A stretch of DNA of 64,000 nucleotides, taken from positions 672,001-736,000 of the forward strand of contig JAXGMI010000001.1 of assembly GCA_040768745.1 (NCBI GenBank), in the 5' to 3' direction. Positions 30,641 through 40,986 of the stretch are shown in pieces; position 1 is the stretch's first letter; every line of letters starts with the position of its first letter. The notes under the pieces are model-generated. The model was not told the DNA's origin, ran no database searches, and worked only from the letters and a program-made list of their open reading frames with translations. This DNA is from Desulfomicrobium sp. (lineage in GTDB: Bacteria; Desulfobacterota; Desulfovibrionia; Desulfovibrionales; Desulfomicrobiaceae). Made by a program: the position numbers and the translations under genes.

Positions 30641-32256
30641 CAGACTGCTGACAAAGTCACCTCAAAACCCTCGTCAAATGACGGGGGTTTTGTTATGAAA
30701 GCTTACATGTTACGCAGCACAGGACCCAAACAACTGAAGTACGAATTCGTCTGCATCGAGCGCTTGGTTCCCAAAGATCATCTTCTTCGTAAGATCACCA
30801 AGTTCATCGATTTCCGTTTCATCCACGACAAGGTCAAAGACCTGTACTGTCCGGACAACGGCCGGCCGGCTCTTGATCCGACAGTGCTCTTCAAGATGCT
30901 CTTTCTGGGGTATCTGTTCGGCATCCGCAGTGAGCGGCGGCTGATTGAGGAGATCAAGGTCAATGTCGCCTACCGCTGGTTTTTGGGCTTCAGCCTGGAA
31001 GACAAGATTCCCGACGCCTCGACCATCAGCCAGAACCGCCGCCGTCGCTTCAACCAGAGCACGGTCTACCAGGAGATTTTCGACGAGATCGTGGTTCAGG
31101 CCATCCGCCGCAAGATGATCGACGGTCGTACCCTGTACACGGATTCGACCCACCTCAAGGCCAACGCCAACAAGAACAAGTTTGTCGAAGCCGAGGTTGC
31201 CAAGAGCACGCGGGATTACATCGATGATCTGGAGCGGGACGTTGCCCAGGACCGGGCCGACCACGGCAAGAAGGCGTTGAAAGAGAACGATCCGGAACCC
31301 GAAACCAAGACGGTCAAGCAGAGCACGACGGACCCGGAGTCTGGCTACATGCACCGGGACGGCAAGCCCAAGGGGTTCTTCTTTCTGGATCACCGCTCGG
31401 TGGACGGTCTTCATGGCCTGATCACGGATACGTACGTGACGCCAGGCAATGTGCATGACTCGATACCGTATCTTGATCGTCTTGATCGACAGCGCGAACG
31501 ATTTGGTTTTGAAGTGGAGGCGGTTGGACTGGATGCTGGCTACGCGACGACAGGAATCTGCAAAGGGCTTGAGGAGAGAGGGATTTTTGGAGTGGTTGGC
31601 TACCGTCGTTTTGGAAAAAACACGGGCCGCTTCAGACGCAAGGATTTTTTCTACGACGACTCAGTGGATTGCTACGTCTGCCCTGCAAACTGCCTTTTGA
31701 GTTACCGAACCACCAACCGGGCGGGTTACCGGGAATACGCCTCGGATCCCAAGATTTGCAAAGCATGTCAGCTTCTTGAGAGATGCACGACCAGCAAGAT
31801 ATGCCGACGGGTCATAGCGCGCCACGTATGGGAAGATAGTCGGGAACGCATCGACTCCAACCGGCTGACGGAGCGTGGCAAGGCCATCTATGCCCGACGC
31901 AAGGAAACGGTTGAACGCAGCTTTGCCGACTGCAAGGAACTGCATGGGCATCGTTACGCCCGGATGCGTGGTCTCTCGAAGGTCTTGGAGCAGTGCCTGC
32001 TGTGTGCGGCCGCGTTCAACATGAAGAAAATCGCGCTGCACTTGTCCAGGTTGGGACTCCGCAGGCCAGCAAGCCCGGCGGGCGCCATGGCCGGGATGAT
32101 TCTGTCCTTTATTTACGGGATATTCCAACAACAGAAGCGCCAATACGCCCCAATTTGATCCCAGAAGGGCCTCCTGAACGATTTCAGGAAAAATACACAT
32201 CGTCAGAAAAAACAAACCCTCGCCGGACAGTGTGACGAGGGTTTGTCAGTGGTCTG
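30641..32256 (+). mobile_element. IS1182-family element, copy 1 (1616 bp)
   Basis: IRs CAGACTGCTGACAAA / TTTGTCAGTGGTCTG; 16-bp DR AGGAGGATATCCTCCC (30625-30640 / 32257-32272). Confidence 0.95.
30695..32158 (+). CDS. IS1182-family transposase
   Basis: LVPKDHLLRKI, GRPALDP, GIRSERRL, YTDSTHLKANA, STTDPESG, LDAGY, RKETVERSFAD.KE.HG. Confidence 0.94.
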   Translation: MKAYMLRSTGPKQLKYEFVCIERLVPKDHLLRKITKFIDFRFIHDKVKDLYCPDNGRPALDPTVLFKMLFLGYLFGIRSERRLIEEIKVNVAYRWFLGFSLEDKIPDASTISQNRRRRFNQSTVYQEIFDEIVVQAIRRKMIDGRTLYTDSTHLKANANKNKFVEAEVAKSTRDYIDDLERDVAQDRADHGKKALKENDPEPETKTVKQSTTDPESGYMHRDGKPKGFFFLDHRSVDGLHGLITDTYVTPGNVHDSIPYLDRLDRQRERFGFEVEAVGLDAGYATTGICKGLEERGIFGVVGYRRFGKNTGRFRRKDFFYDDSVDCYVCPANCLLSYRTTNRAGYREYASDPKICKACQLLERCTTSKICRRVIARHVWEDSRERIDSNRLTERGKAIYARRKETVERSFADCKELHGHRYARMRGLSKVLEQCLLCAAAFNMKKIALHLSRLGLRRPASPAGAMAGMILSFIYGIFQQQKRQYAPI

Positions 32257-32827
32257 AGGAGGATATCCTCCCTTTAGTAAAAAACCTTCTTGGTAAAATC
32301 GCCGGTTGTGATAGAGCCCGATCCATGCGGATCAATCAGCATGTGATCGAACTATTTCACAAGTATTCTTGGCCCGGTAATGTGCGAGAGCTTAAAAACG
32401 TACTTACCTCTGCCATCTGCTCCCTCGAAGAAAACGAAAGCGAACTGGATATTTCCCATTTGCCTGTGCGAATAATGGAAAATATGAGTACAGTTGAAAC
32501 GGCTCCGAAACGAAACGCATCTAAAGCCACTTTGGTGGAAGCCAGCAACAGCGCTGAGCGAGAAGCCATTCTTGTGGCTCTTAAACGCACAGGATTCAAT
32601 AAAAGCTTGACTGCGCGGGAACTGGGGATTTCCCGAACCAAGCTATATAAAAAGATGCAGCAACTTGGCATAAGCTAATATCAGCATGAAATATCGAGCT
32701 ATGTGGGAATCGTTCCATCCAGACGCCCGTAAGCGGGTGATAGTGGTGATGAGCTGGACTTGGTAGTCCGACAGAGAACGGACAGAAAGACGCTGCGGAT
32801 TACTGCGAACTGTGAGGGGGTGTGGGA

Positions 32828-32857
32828 GGTGCCTGCCGGTGGTGCGCGGCAGGCACC
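32828..32857 (-). terminator. Hairpin downstream of glmS
   Basis: GGTGCCTGCCG-N8-CGGCAGGCACC. Confidence 0.55.
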
Positions 32858-32866
32858 CTTTCGTGT

Positions 32867-34684
32867 CTATTCCACAGTGACGGATTTGGCCAAATTCCTG
32901 GGCTGGTCCACGTCCTTGCCCAGGTACACGGCCATCTCATAGGCAAACAACTGCACTGCCGGCAGCACCAGGAAGCTCTTCAGCGGCCCCCAAACCTCGG
33001 ACAGCACCCACGGACTCTCCACATTCGGGGCCGCTCCCGGATTGACCAGGGCAATGATGCGTCCCCCCCGGGCCTGCACCTCCTGCAGATTGGAGGCCAC
33101 CTTCTGCAAGAGGTCGTTGTTCAAGGCCATGGCAAAGGTCGGAAAATGGCTGTCGATCAGCGCGATGGGCCCGTGCTTCATCTCCCCGGCAGCGTAGCCC
33201 TCGGCATGGATGTAGGAGATCTCCTTGAGCTTCAGGGCCCCTTCCAGGGCCAGGGGAAAATACTGCCCCCGCCCGAGGTAGAAGAAACTGCGGGCATCGC
33301 TGTATTCCTGGCACAGGGTCTTGGCCTTCTGGCGGATCGCGGGCAGCTCTTCTTCCAGCTGCCCGGGCAGACGGGTCAGGGCCGCGAGGGTGTTCTCCAC
33401 TGTCCCGGCCGGAAGGGTCTCCTGGCGTGTTCCCCAATGCAGGGCCATGAGCAGCAGGACAACCATCTGGCTGCACATGGCCTTGGTGGAGGCCACGCTG
33501 ATCTCGGGTCCGGCCTGGGTGTAGACCACCTTGTCGGATTCGCGGGCAATGGACGACCCGACCACGTTGCACAGGCCCAGGATGGGTGCCCCGGCCTCGC
33601 GGGCGATGCGGATGGCGGCCAGGGTGTCGGCCGTCTCCCCGGACTGGCTGATGGTCAGCACCAGATCCCCGGGCAGGAACACGCTGTCCCGGTAGCGGAA
33701 TTCCGAGGCGATCTCCACCTGCACCGGGATGCGGGCCCAGGACTCGAGCAGGTACTTGGCCCACAGCCCGGCATGGTAGGACGTGCCGCAGGCCACGATG
33801 GTCAGCCGTCTGGGGACTTCCAGTTCATCCAGTTCCGGCAGCACCACCCGCCCCTTCTGCACCCTCCCGGCCAGGCAGTCCCGGATGACCCTGGGCTGCT
33901 CGAAAATCTCCTTGAGCATGAAATGCTTGAACCCGTCCTTCTGCGCGGCCTGCACGTCCCAGGAAATATGCTTCACGTCCTTGGTCTTGGGGGTCAGGGT
34001 CTCCAGGTCGAAAACCTGCCACGAGCCGGCGTCGATCTCCACCAGTTCGCCGTTGTCCAGGAAAACCACCTCGCGCGTGTAGGGCAGGAAGGCCGGGATG
34101 TCCGAGGCCAGGAAATTCTCGCCGACGCCGATGCCCATCAGGAGCGGACTCGCCTTGCGGCTAGCCCAGATCGTGCCCGGATGCTCGCGGGAGAGAAGCG
34201 CAAAGGCGTAGGCCCCGTCCACCTGCTTCAGGGCCCACGCGATGCCCTGGCGGATGTCGCCGGTCAGGGTCACCCCCTTGGCGATGACATGGACCAGAAC
34301 CTCGGTGTCGGTTTCTGACAGGAACACGTGGCCCTCGGCCTGCAGCTCGGCCTTGAGTTCGGCGTAGTTCTCTATGATCCCGTTGTGGACCAGGGCGAAC
34401 CGGTTGTCCCCGTCCATGTGCGGATGTGCGTTGCGTTCCACAGGCAGGCCGTGGGTGGCCCAGCGGGTATGGCCAATGCCGCACAGAGAGCAGGCCGTAT
34501 CCAGGCCGGCGATCTTGCAGTCCAGGGCTCCGAGCTTGCCCTCCGCCCTGACCACATGCAGACCGTCCTGCTCCGCGTAGGCCACGCCAGCGGAATCGTA
34601 CCCCCGGTATTCGAGCCTCCGCAGACCCTCCACGATGGCCGGGATGGCCGGCCGGTGTCCTGTATAGCCAATTATTCCGCACAT
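32867..34684 (-). CDS. glmS: Glutamine-fructose-6-phosphate aminotransferase
   Basis: MCGIIG, RLEYRGYDSAG, GHTRWATHG, SQSGETADT, PRNLAKSVTVE. Confidence 0.98.
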   Translation of the reverse strand: MCGIIGYTGHRPAIPAIVEGLRRLEYRGYDSAGVAYAEQDGLHVVRAEGKLGALDCKIAGLDTACSLCGIGHTRWATHGLPVERNAHPHMDGDNRFALVHNGIIENYAELKAELQAEGHVFLSETDTEVLVHVIAKGVTLTGDIRQGIAWALKQVDGAYAFALLSREHPGTIWASRKASPLLMGIGVGENFLASDIPAFLPYTREVVFLDNGELVEIDAGSWQVFDLETLTPKTKDVKHISWDVQAAQKDGFKHFMLKEIFEQPRVIRDCLAGRVQKGRVVLPELDELEVPRRLTIVACGTSYHAGLWAKYLLESWARIPVQVEIASEFRYRDSVFLPGDLVLTISQSGETADTLAAIRIAREAGAPILGLCNVVGSSIARESDKVVYTQAGPEISVASTKAMCSQMVVLLLMALHWGTRQETLPAGTVENTLAALTRLPGQLEEELPAIRQKAKTLCQEYSDARSFFYLGRGQYFPLALEGALKLKEISYIHAEGYAAGEMKHGPIALIDSHFPTFAMALNNDLLQKVASNLQEVQARGGRIIALVNPGAAPNVESPWVLSEVWGPLKSFLVLPAVQLFAYEMAVYLGKDVDQPRNLAKSVTVE

Positions 34685-35316
34685 CGCGCATTCCCTCGCA
34701 GGCTGTGTGCCACCTTTGCCCAAAACGTGGGCCATTGCCGCATCAAATCTCGCAGGGCCAGACTCCTGTGGCTGCAGGCGTTTTTTGTCTCGGCATCCAT
34801 CTCCGCTGCCGTGCATCCCAGCACCGGATCAAAAAAGACAGGATCGTAGCCGAATCCGTTCCCGCCGCGCGGCTCCCTGGCCACCCTGCCCGGCCAGATC
34901 CCCCGGCCGACGATTTCCTGCCCGTCCGGGGTGGCGGCCAGCATGACGCAGTCAAAATGGCAACCCCGCTCCCCGTCGGCCACACTGTCCATCACCGTCA
35001 GAAGTTTGGCCGTGTTCCGGGCATCCGTGGCCCCCTCCCCGCTGTAGCGGGCGGAATATACCCCGGGCGCGCCGCCCAGGGCGTCCACGGCCAGCCCCGA
35101 ATCGTCAGCCACGGCCACCAGCCCCGTGGCCACGGCCACGGCCAGGGCCTTGATGCGTGCATTCTCTTCAAAAGTCGTGCCGGTCTCGGGGATGTCCCCG
35201 ATCTCCGGGAAATCCCTGAGGCCCAGAACCTCTATGTCCGGCTGCAGCTGGGCCATGAGCGCGAACAATTCCCGGATCTTTCCGGCATTATTGGTGGCCA
35301 ACACTATTTTCGGCAT
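34672..35316 (-). CDS. rdgB: XTP/dITP diphosphatase (HAM1 family)
   Basis: LATNNAGKIRE, ADDSGL, PGVYSARY, GFGYDPVF, SHR. Confidence 0.95.
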   Translation of the reverse strand: MPKIVLATNNAGKIRELFALMAQLQPDIEVLGLRDFPEIGDIPETGTTFEENARIKALAVAVATGLVAVADDSGLAVDALGGAPGVYSARYSGEGATDARNTAKLLTVMDSVADGERGCHFDCVMLAATPDGQEIVGRGIWPGRVAREPRGGNGFGYDPVFFDPVLGCTAAEMDAETKNACSHRSLALRDLMRQWPTFWAKVAHSLRGNARCAE

Positions 35317-35331
35317 ATGTGTCCCTGTCCT

Positions 35332-36171
35332 TCAGGCAAGGTCGTACAATGTAAACGCAAAGGAACTCAGGTCCGCGTGGAGCATGCGACCGGCCAGGCG
35401 AAGATCCCCCGTGATCAGGTACTGCACCGCTTCGGCCGCCTGCAGGGAGGCGGCCAGGCATGCGGCCGGGGCCAGGCTGCCCAGGACGCGTTCGGCATCC
35501 CTGGCATCGGATCCCGTCCACATGGTCGAGATGCCTGTCTGGCCGGGCAGTTCGCTCCCCACGAGGGCCGTCCAGCCCGCCACCGCTGCACCGACCACCG
35601 GAACCCCGGCCTGGCTGGCCGCCACGCGCAGGGCCCTCCTGAACCTGATCCCGCCCAGGGCATCCACCACGATGTCCACGTCGCCAAGGGCTGCGCACAA
35701 GTTGGACTCGTCCAGGAAAAAGTCCAGGGCCTCGACGCTGACCAGGGGACTCGTCCGGCTGGCCCGTTTTGCTCCGGCGCGGGCCTTGTTCTGACCTAAA
35801 TTGTCTGCGGAAGACAAAAGTTGTCTGTTCAGGTTGCTCTCCTCGAACACATCGCCGTCGGCAACAGTGATCCTGCCCACTCCGAAACGGGAGAGCAGTT
35901 CCAGGGCATAGCCGCCCAGTCCTCCGGCCCCGACCAGCAGGACAGAGGCATGCAGCAGCTTGGCCTGATCCGCCATGGACAGGGCATGCAGGTTTTTGAG
36001 CAGGGGCAGAGGCATCAGCGCCTGGTTCACGGCCACCCGTGCACCCTGAGGGAGGGACAGCCCGTGCTCCAGACAGAACGCCTGCAGACCCTCAAGGCCC
36101 ACGGTCCGCACTCCGCGCTCGGGATCGTGCACGGCCAGGGCTGCCAAGGCGGCACCAGGATCGGCGCTCAT
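35332..36171 (-). CDS. HesA/MoeB/ThiF-family adenylyltransferase
   Basis: VGAGGLGG, DGDVFEESNLNRQ, VVDALG. Confidence 0.9.
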   Translation of the reverse strand: MSADPGAALAALAVHDPERGVRTVGLEGLQAFCLEHGLSLPQGARVAVNQALMPLPLLKNLHALSMADQAKLLHASVLLVGAGGLGGYALELLSRFGVGRITVADGDVFEESNLNRQLLSSADNLGQNKARAGAKRASRTSPLVSVEALDFFLDESNLCAALGDVDIVVDALGGIRFRRALRVAASQAGVPVVGAAVAGWTALVGSELPGQTGISTMWTGSDARDAERVLGSLAPAACLAASLQAAEAVQYLITGDLRLAGRMLHADLSSFAFTLYDLA

Positions 36172-36392
36172 CCTCCGCCGACCGCCGGGAAGAGCCCCAC
36201 CTGGTCTCCGTCCGCAAGAACGTTTTCCAGACTGCTGTTCCTGCTGTTGATGAAGACCAGCTTGATGTCGTCGGGACCGAGGCCAAGGTCAGGGAGCATC
36301 GTCTGGACCGTGGCACCCTCTGCCAGTTCGAGAAATCCGCCGGGCGGGCTGTGGTCTGCCAGCGTGGCGAAACATTTGACGTGAATGCGCAT
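36168..36392 (-). CDS. MoaD/ThiS-family sulfur carrier
   Basis: MRIHVKCFATL..LADGDQVGLFPAVGGG, C-terminal GG. Confidence 0.9.
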   Translation of the reverse strand: MRIHVKCFATLADHSPPGGFLELAEGATVQTMLPDLGLGPDDIKLVFINSRNSSLENVLADGDQVGLFPAVGGG

Positions 36393-36510
36393 AGAATATC
36401 CGTGTCGAGGTTTCATGAAGCGGGACGCCGGGCAACCAGGCCGCCTCTCATGTTTCAAAAGCGGCTGGGCCGCGTCAAGGCAATCCAGCGGCATCGGGTC
36501 AGCACACGTC

Positions 36511-37215
36511 TCAATCCAGGGTGATCTCCACGCGCTGCCCCGGCACATTGCCCTTGAGTTCCGTCAAAAGCCCCCGCAGGGTGGAGGTGACCATCCGGTC
36601 GATGAACGGGTTCAGGGACAGCTGCCGTCCGCCTATCCGCACGCTCAGCTTGGGCTGCATGGCCAGGCATGCATGCGTGTCAGCCTTTCCGGCCACAATC
36701 TCCTGGGCCAGGGCATGGCAGGATTCCCGGCCGCAGGCTCCGCAGTCCAGGCCAGGCAAGGTGAACCCCCGGGCGTCGACCAGACTGGCCAGTTCGGCAA
36801 TGGAGGCCGCCGGGCGCACCCCGGCCAACTCGCCAGTCCCCCAGGAGGCCAGGGCCAGTCCCCTGTCCAGGGATGCCTCGTCCTCGTCTGCGCCCAGAAC
36901 CACGATGCGCGGCAGCCAGGTCAAGGACTTCCCGCCCTCGACCAGCACAACGTCCGCGCCCAGCAGAGGCAGGACATCCTGCAACGGCCTGGACGCATTC
37001 CAGCACAGGGACGTCTGCCTGCTGCCCATCCCGGCCACGCAGACACACTCCTGGGCGAAACGGGCCGTATCCGTCCCGTTCATGTCCAGGCCATGCTCCG
37101 TGAACTTCACAGCGGCGACCTTCCTCCCAAGACGGGACAGTTCCCGGGCCAGCTCCAGAACCAAGGTTGTTTTCCCGGACTTCTTGAACCCCACCACCGA
37201 AACGGCCTTGAACAT
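36511..37215 (-). CDS. mobB: Molybdopterin-guanine dinucleotide biosynthesis protein B with Fe-S domain
   Basis: VVGFKKSGKTT, VLVEGGK, LDCGACGRESC, LNPFI. Confidence 0.88.
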   Translation of the reverse strand: MFKAVSVVGFKKSGKTTLVLELARELSRLGRKVAAVKFTEHGLDMNGTDTARFAQECVCVAGMGSRQTSLCWNASRPLQDVLPLLGADVVLVEGGKSLTWLPRIVVLGADEDEASLDRGLALASWGTGELAGVRPAASIAELASLVDARGFTLPGLDCGACGRESCHALAQEIVAGKADTHACLAMQPKLSVRIGGRQLSLNPFIDRMVTSTLRGLLTELKGNVPGQRVEITLD

Positions 37216-37363
37216 CGCACCTCCGTCTTTGACAATCGTTCGTCTATCAACTATTCGGATTGATTTTCCGTCCCCACAACATCTGATCCCAGGCCCGACG
37301 ATGCCGCATCAGATGGAGTCTGGCCAGCATCATCCCAAATTTCGCCAAGGACTGCGTTTTTCT

Positions 37364-38617
37364 ATGTCTAAAATTCAGAAAATTAAAGGCTTTTCTGACC
37401 TCTTCTGCCCTGAAAGCTCCGTGCACACCCTGATGGAAAACCTGGCTCGGGACGTGTTCGGCAGGTACGGATGCCAGGAAGTCCGGGTGCCCATCCTGGA
37501 AAAGACGGAGCTTTTCGCCCGCTCCATCGGCGAGGAAACCGACGTGGTGCAGAAGGAGATGTACACCTTTGCCGACCGCAAGGGCCGCTCGCTGACCATG
37601 CGCCCCGAGGCGACTGCCGGGATCCTGCGGGCCTTCATCGAGTCCGGCATGTGCGGCCAGGAAGGCGTGACCAAGCTCTTCGCCTGTGGCCCCATGTTCC
37701 GGTATGAACGCCCCCAGAAAGGACGGTTGCGCCAGTTCCACCAGCTGGACGTGGAGGTGCTGGGCACCGAAGCCCCCCAGGCCGACGCCGAAGTCGTGCT
37801 CATGCTGTGGACCTTCCTGACCAGACTCGGGCTCCAGAACCTGGGCCTGGAGCTCAACTCCCTGGGTTGCCCCCGCTGCCGCCCTGGTTTTCACGAAAGT
37901 TTGCGGACATTCCTGACCTCCGTCGACCAGTCCGCCCTGTGCGAGGACTGCACCCGCCGCGCCAACACCAATCCCCTGCGGGTCCTTGACTGCAAAGTCC
38001 CGGCCTGCAAGGAGCTGGTCAAGGACGCTCCCAGCATCATCGGTTCCCTTTGCCCGGACTGTGCCGAACACTTCGCGCAGGTCCGCCTGATCCTGGACAG
38101 CGCGAAACTCCTGTACAAGGTGAACGACAGGCTGGTGCGCGGCCTGGACTACTACCAGCGCACCACATTCGAAGTCGTTTCCGGAGAGATCGGATCCCAG
38201 ACCGCCGTGGCCGGTGGCGGGCGCTACGACGGCCTGATCAGGCAGCTCGGCGGGCCCGACATGCCCGGCATCGGGTTTGCCTGCGGCATGGAGCGCCTGG
38301 CCCTGCTCTACGGCCAGCCCCAGGCCGTGTCTCCGGACTTCTATCTGGCGGTGCTGGACGACCGGGCCCTCAACACCGGCCTGCTCCTGGCCCAGCGCCT
38401 GCGCGAACGCGGCTTTGCCGGGGAGGTGTCCTTCGAAACCAGGAGCGTCAAAAGCCAGATGCGCCAGGCCAACAGACTCGGCGCCAGGACCTGCCTGCTT
38501 CTGGGTCAGGACGAGATGAACAGGGGACAGATCGTGGTCAAGGACATGGCAACCGGCGTGCAGAATACCATCGGCCAGGACGATCTGGAGCAGGCCATGG
38601 GTTTTCGCAAGTCCTAG
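37364..38617 (+). CDS. hisS: Histidine-tRNA ligase
   Basis: [45 protein letters not shown]. Confidence 0.98.
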   Translation: MSKIQKIKGFSDLFCPESSVHTLMENLARDVFGRYGCQEVRVPILEKTELFARSIGEETDVVQKEMYTFADRKGRSLTMRPEATAGILRAFIESGMCGQEGVTKLFACGPMFRYERPQKGRLRQFHQLDVEVLGTEAPQADAEVVLMLWTFLTRLGLQNLGLELNSLGCPRCRPGFHESLRTFLTSVDQSALCEDCTRRANTNPLRVLDCKVPACKELVKDAPSIIGSLCPDCAEHFAQVRLILDSAKLLYKVNDRLVRGLDYYQRTTFEVVSGEIGSQTAVAGGGRYDGLIRQLGGPDMPGIGFACGMERLALLYGQPQAVSPDFYLAVLDDRALNTGLLLAQRLRERGFAGEVSFETRSVKSQMRQANRLGARTCLLLGQDEMNRGQIVVKDMATGVQNTIGQDDLEQAMGFRKS

Positions 38618-38667
38618 ACCTTTACAGGAATCATTTGCAGCCTATCGTTATCCAAGCGAGGACATAT

Positions 38668-40470
38668 ATGGCAACGGACGACAGAACCACGGAAATCCGG
38701 ACCGACACCCTCGGCGGATGGAGCAGGACCCATCACTGCGCAAGTCTCGGCCCTGACCAGCTGGGCCAGGAAGTCTGCCTCATGGGCTGGGTGCAGTACC
38801 GCCGCGACCATGGCGGGCTTATCTTCATCGACCTGCGCGACCGCCAAGGCCTGACCCAGGTCGTCTTTTCCCCGGAAGTGGCGCCCGAGGCCCATGGACG
38901 GGCACATGTGCTGCGCACGGAATACGTGCTGGCCATCAAGGGCGTGGTCCGCGCCAGACCCTCGGACATGGTCAACCCCAAGCTGATCACCGGCGCCATC
39001 GAGGTCTACGTCACGCAGTTCAAGCTGCTGAACACGGCCAAGACCCCGCCCTTTCCCATCGAGGACCGGGTGGACGTGTCCGAGAACCTGCGCCTGAAGT
39101 ACCGCTTTCTGGACCTGAGGCGCAAGGCCATGGCTGACAACCTCGTCCTGCGCAACCGCGTGTCCCAGTCAGTGCGCCGCTACCTGGACGAGCTGGGCTT
39201 TCTGGAGATCGAGACCCCGGTCCTGACCAAATCCACCCCCGAGGGGGCCCGCGACTTCCTCGTGCCCAGCAGGGTCAACCCCGGACAGTTCTACGCCCTG
39301 CCGCAGTCCCCCCAACTTTTCAAACAGCTGCTCATGTGCGGGGGGCTGGACCGCTACTACCAGATCGTCAAATGCTTCCGCGACGAAGACCTGCGCGCCG
39401 ATCGGCAACCCGAGTTCACCCAGATCGACATCGAGATGTCCTTTGTGGACGAGGAACAGGTCATGCAGATGGCCGAGGGGATGATCGCCCGCGTCATGGC
39501 CGAGGCCCTGGGTCGCCAAATACCCCTGCCCCTCCCGCGCATGCCCTACGCCCAGGCCATGGCCGAATACGGCGTGGACAAGCCGGACACCCGTTTTGAC
39601 CTGAAACTCACGGATGTGACCGAGATCGTGCGCGGCTCGGAGTTCAAGCTCTTTGCCACGGCAGCCCTGGTCAAGGCCCTGTCCGTGCCCGGCGGGGCCG
39701 AACTGTCCCGCAAGGAGATCGACGACTACACCGACTTCGTCAGAATCTACGGTGCGCAGGGACTGGCCTGGATCAAGATCAAGGAAGACGGCTGGCAGTC
39801 GCCCATCGCCAAATTCCTGAGCGAAAAGGAGCAGACCGGCCTGACCCGGGCCCTGGGACTCGCGCCTGGCGACATCGTCTTCTTCCAGGCCGGAGCCCCG
39901 GACATGGTCAACAGCGCCCTGGGCAACCTCCGCCTCAGGCTCGGAGAACGTTTTAACCTCATCCCCGAGGGCGAGTTTGCCCCCCTGTGGGTGACTGATT
40001 TCCCCCTTCTGGAGTGGAATCCGGACGAGAAACGATGGGTGGCCATGCACCACCCCTTCACCGCACCCAAGGACATGCAGACCCTGGGCAGCAATCCTTC
40101 CCACGCCGCGGCCAGGGCCTACGACCTGGTCCTGAACGGCACCGAGGTCGGCGGAGGCTCCATCCGCATCCACAACCCGGAGACCCAGCAACAGATGTTC
40201 GCGGCCCTGGGCATCGGCCAGGAGGAAGCCCGCGCCAAGTTCGGGTTTCTGCTCGACGCCCTGGTGTACGGGGCCCCGCCCCACGGAGGCATCGCCTTCG
40301 GGCTGGACCGGCTGGTCATGCTCCTGACCGGTGCCAAATCCATCCGCGATGTCATCGCCTTCCCCAAGACCCAGAAGGCCACCTGCCTGATGACCGAGGC
40401 CCCCTCGGAAGTCGAGGCGACCCAGTTGCGCGATCTGGGCCTGCGGTTGCGGGAGAAGCCCAAAGAGTAG
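38668..40470 (+). CDS. aspS: Aspartate-tRNA ligase
   Basis: [54 protein letters not shown]. Confidence 0.98.
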   Translation: MATDDRTTEIRTDTLGGWSRTHHCASLGPDQLGQEVCLMGWVQYRRDHGGLIFIDLRDRQGLTQVVFSPEVAPEAHGRAHVLRTEYVLAIKGVVRARPSDMVNPKLITGAIEVYVTQFKLLNTAKTPPFPIEDRVDVSENLRLKYRFLDLRRKAMADNLVLRNRVSQSVRRYLDELGFLEIETPVLTKSTPEGARDFLVPSRVNPGQFYALPQSPQLFKQLLMCGGLDRYYQIVKCFRDEDLRADRQPEFTQIDIEMSFVDEEQVMQMAEGMIARVMAEALGRQIPLPLPRMPYAQAMAEYGVDKPDTRFDLKLTDVTEIVRGSEFKLFATAALVKALSVPGGAELSRKEIDDYTDFVRIYGAQGLAWIKIKEDGWQSPIAKFLSEKEQTGLTRALGLAPGDIVFFQAGAPDMVNSALGNLRLRLGERFNLIPEGEFAPLWVTDFPLLEWNPDEKRWVAMHHPFTAPKDMQTLGSNPSHAAARAYDLVLNGTEVGGGSIRIHNPETQQQMFAALGIGQEEARAKFGFLLDALVYGAPPHGGIAFGLDRLVMLLTGAKSIRDVIAFPKTQKATCLMTEAPSEVEATQLRDLGLRLREKPKE

Positions 40471-40473
40471 ACC

Positions 40474-40986
40474 ATGTCCAGAAAAATTGTCACCTACCCT
40501 CACCCTGTGCTGGCCGGAAAAGCCGCGCCCGTGATGGAGATCACCGACGAAATCCGGGAACTGGCCGCGGAAATGGCCGTTCTCATGTATCAGGACAAGG
40601 GCATCGGGCTGGCCGCCCCGCAGGTGGCCGAAAGCATCCGGCTCATCACCGTGGATTTGAGCGGACCCGACAAGCGCGAGGACCTCAGGGTCTTCATCAA
40701 CCCGGTCATCTCCAACCTGGAAGGCGAGGTTGTGTCCGAGGAGGGCTGCCTGTCCGTCCCCGGCTACAGGTCCAACGTGACCAGGGCCGAACGGCTGCAC
40801 CTCTCGGCCCTGGACCTGGACGGCAACCCAGTGGAAATGGACGCCGACGACCTCATGTCCATCTGCCTGCAACACGAGATCGACCATCTCGACGGCGTGC
40901 TGTTCATCGACAAGATCAGCAAGCTCAAACGCACCCTGTACGAACGCAAGCTCAAAAAATGGCTGAAGCAGAAAAAAGAAGACTGA
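40474..40986 (+). CDS. def: Peptide deformylase
   Basis: GIGLAAPQV, EGCLS, QHEIDHL. Confidence 0.98.
   Translation: MSRKIVTYPHPVLAGKAAPVMEITDEIRELAAEMAVLMYQDKGIGLAAPQVAESIRLITVDLSGPDKREDLRVFINPVISNLEGEVVSEEGCLSVPGYRSNVTRAERLHLSALDLDGNPVEMDADDLMSICLQHEIDHLDGVLFIDKISKLKRTLYERKLKKWLKQKKED

Larger units (their letters stand above)
29613..32678 (+). pseudogene. PAS-domain sigma54 activator interrupted by IS1182 (477 aa when rebuilt)
   Basis: PAS, GESGTGKEL, ESELFGYSEGAFTGS, PPLRERKEDILP | LVKNLL..WPGNVRELKN, Fis HTH; frame restored on removing the IS and one 16-bp repeat. Confidence 0.93.

Noticed and set aside
32700..32866. Island ends just downstream of glmS (attTn7 position); a minus-strand TGT at 32773 is followed by a weak 20-bp periodic repeat
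   Set aside because: About 94 bp from the stop rather than about 25, only 11/20 match between repeats, no tns genes and no matching end on the other side.
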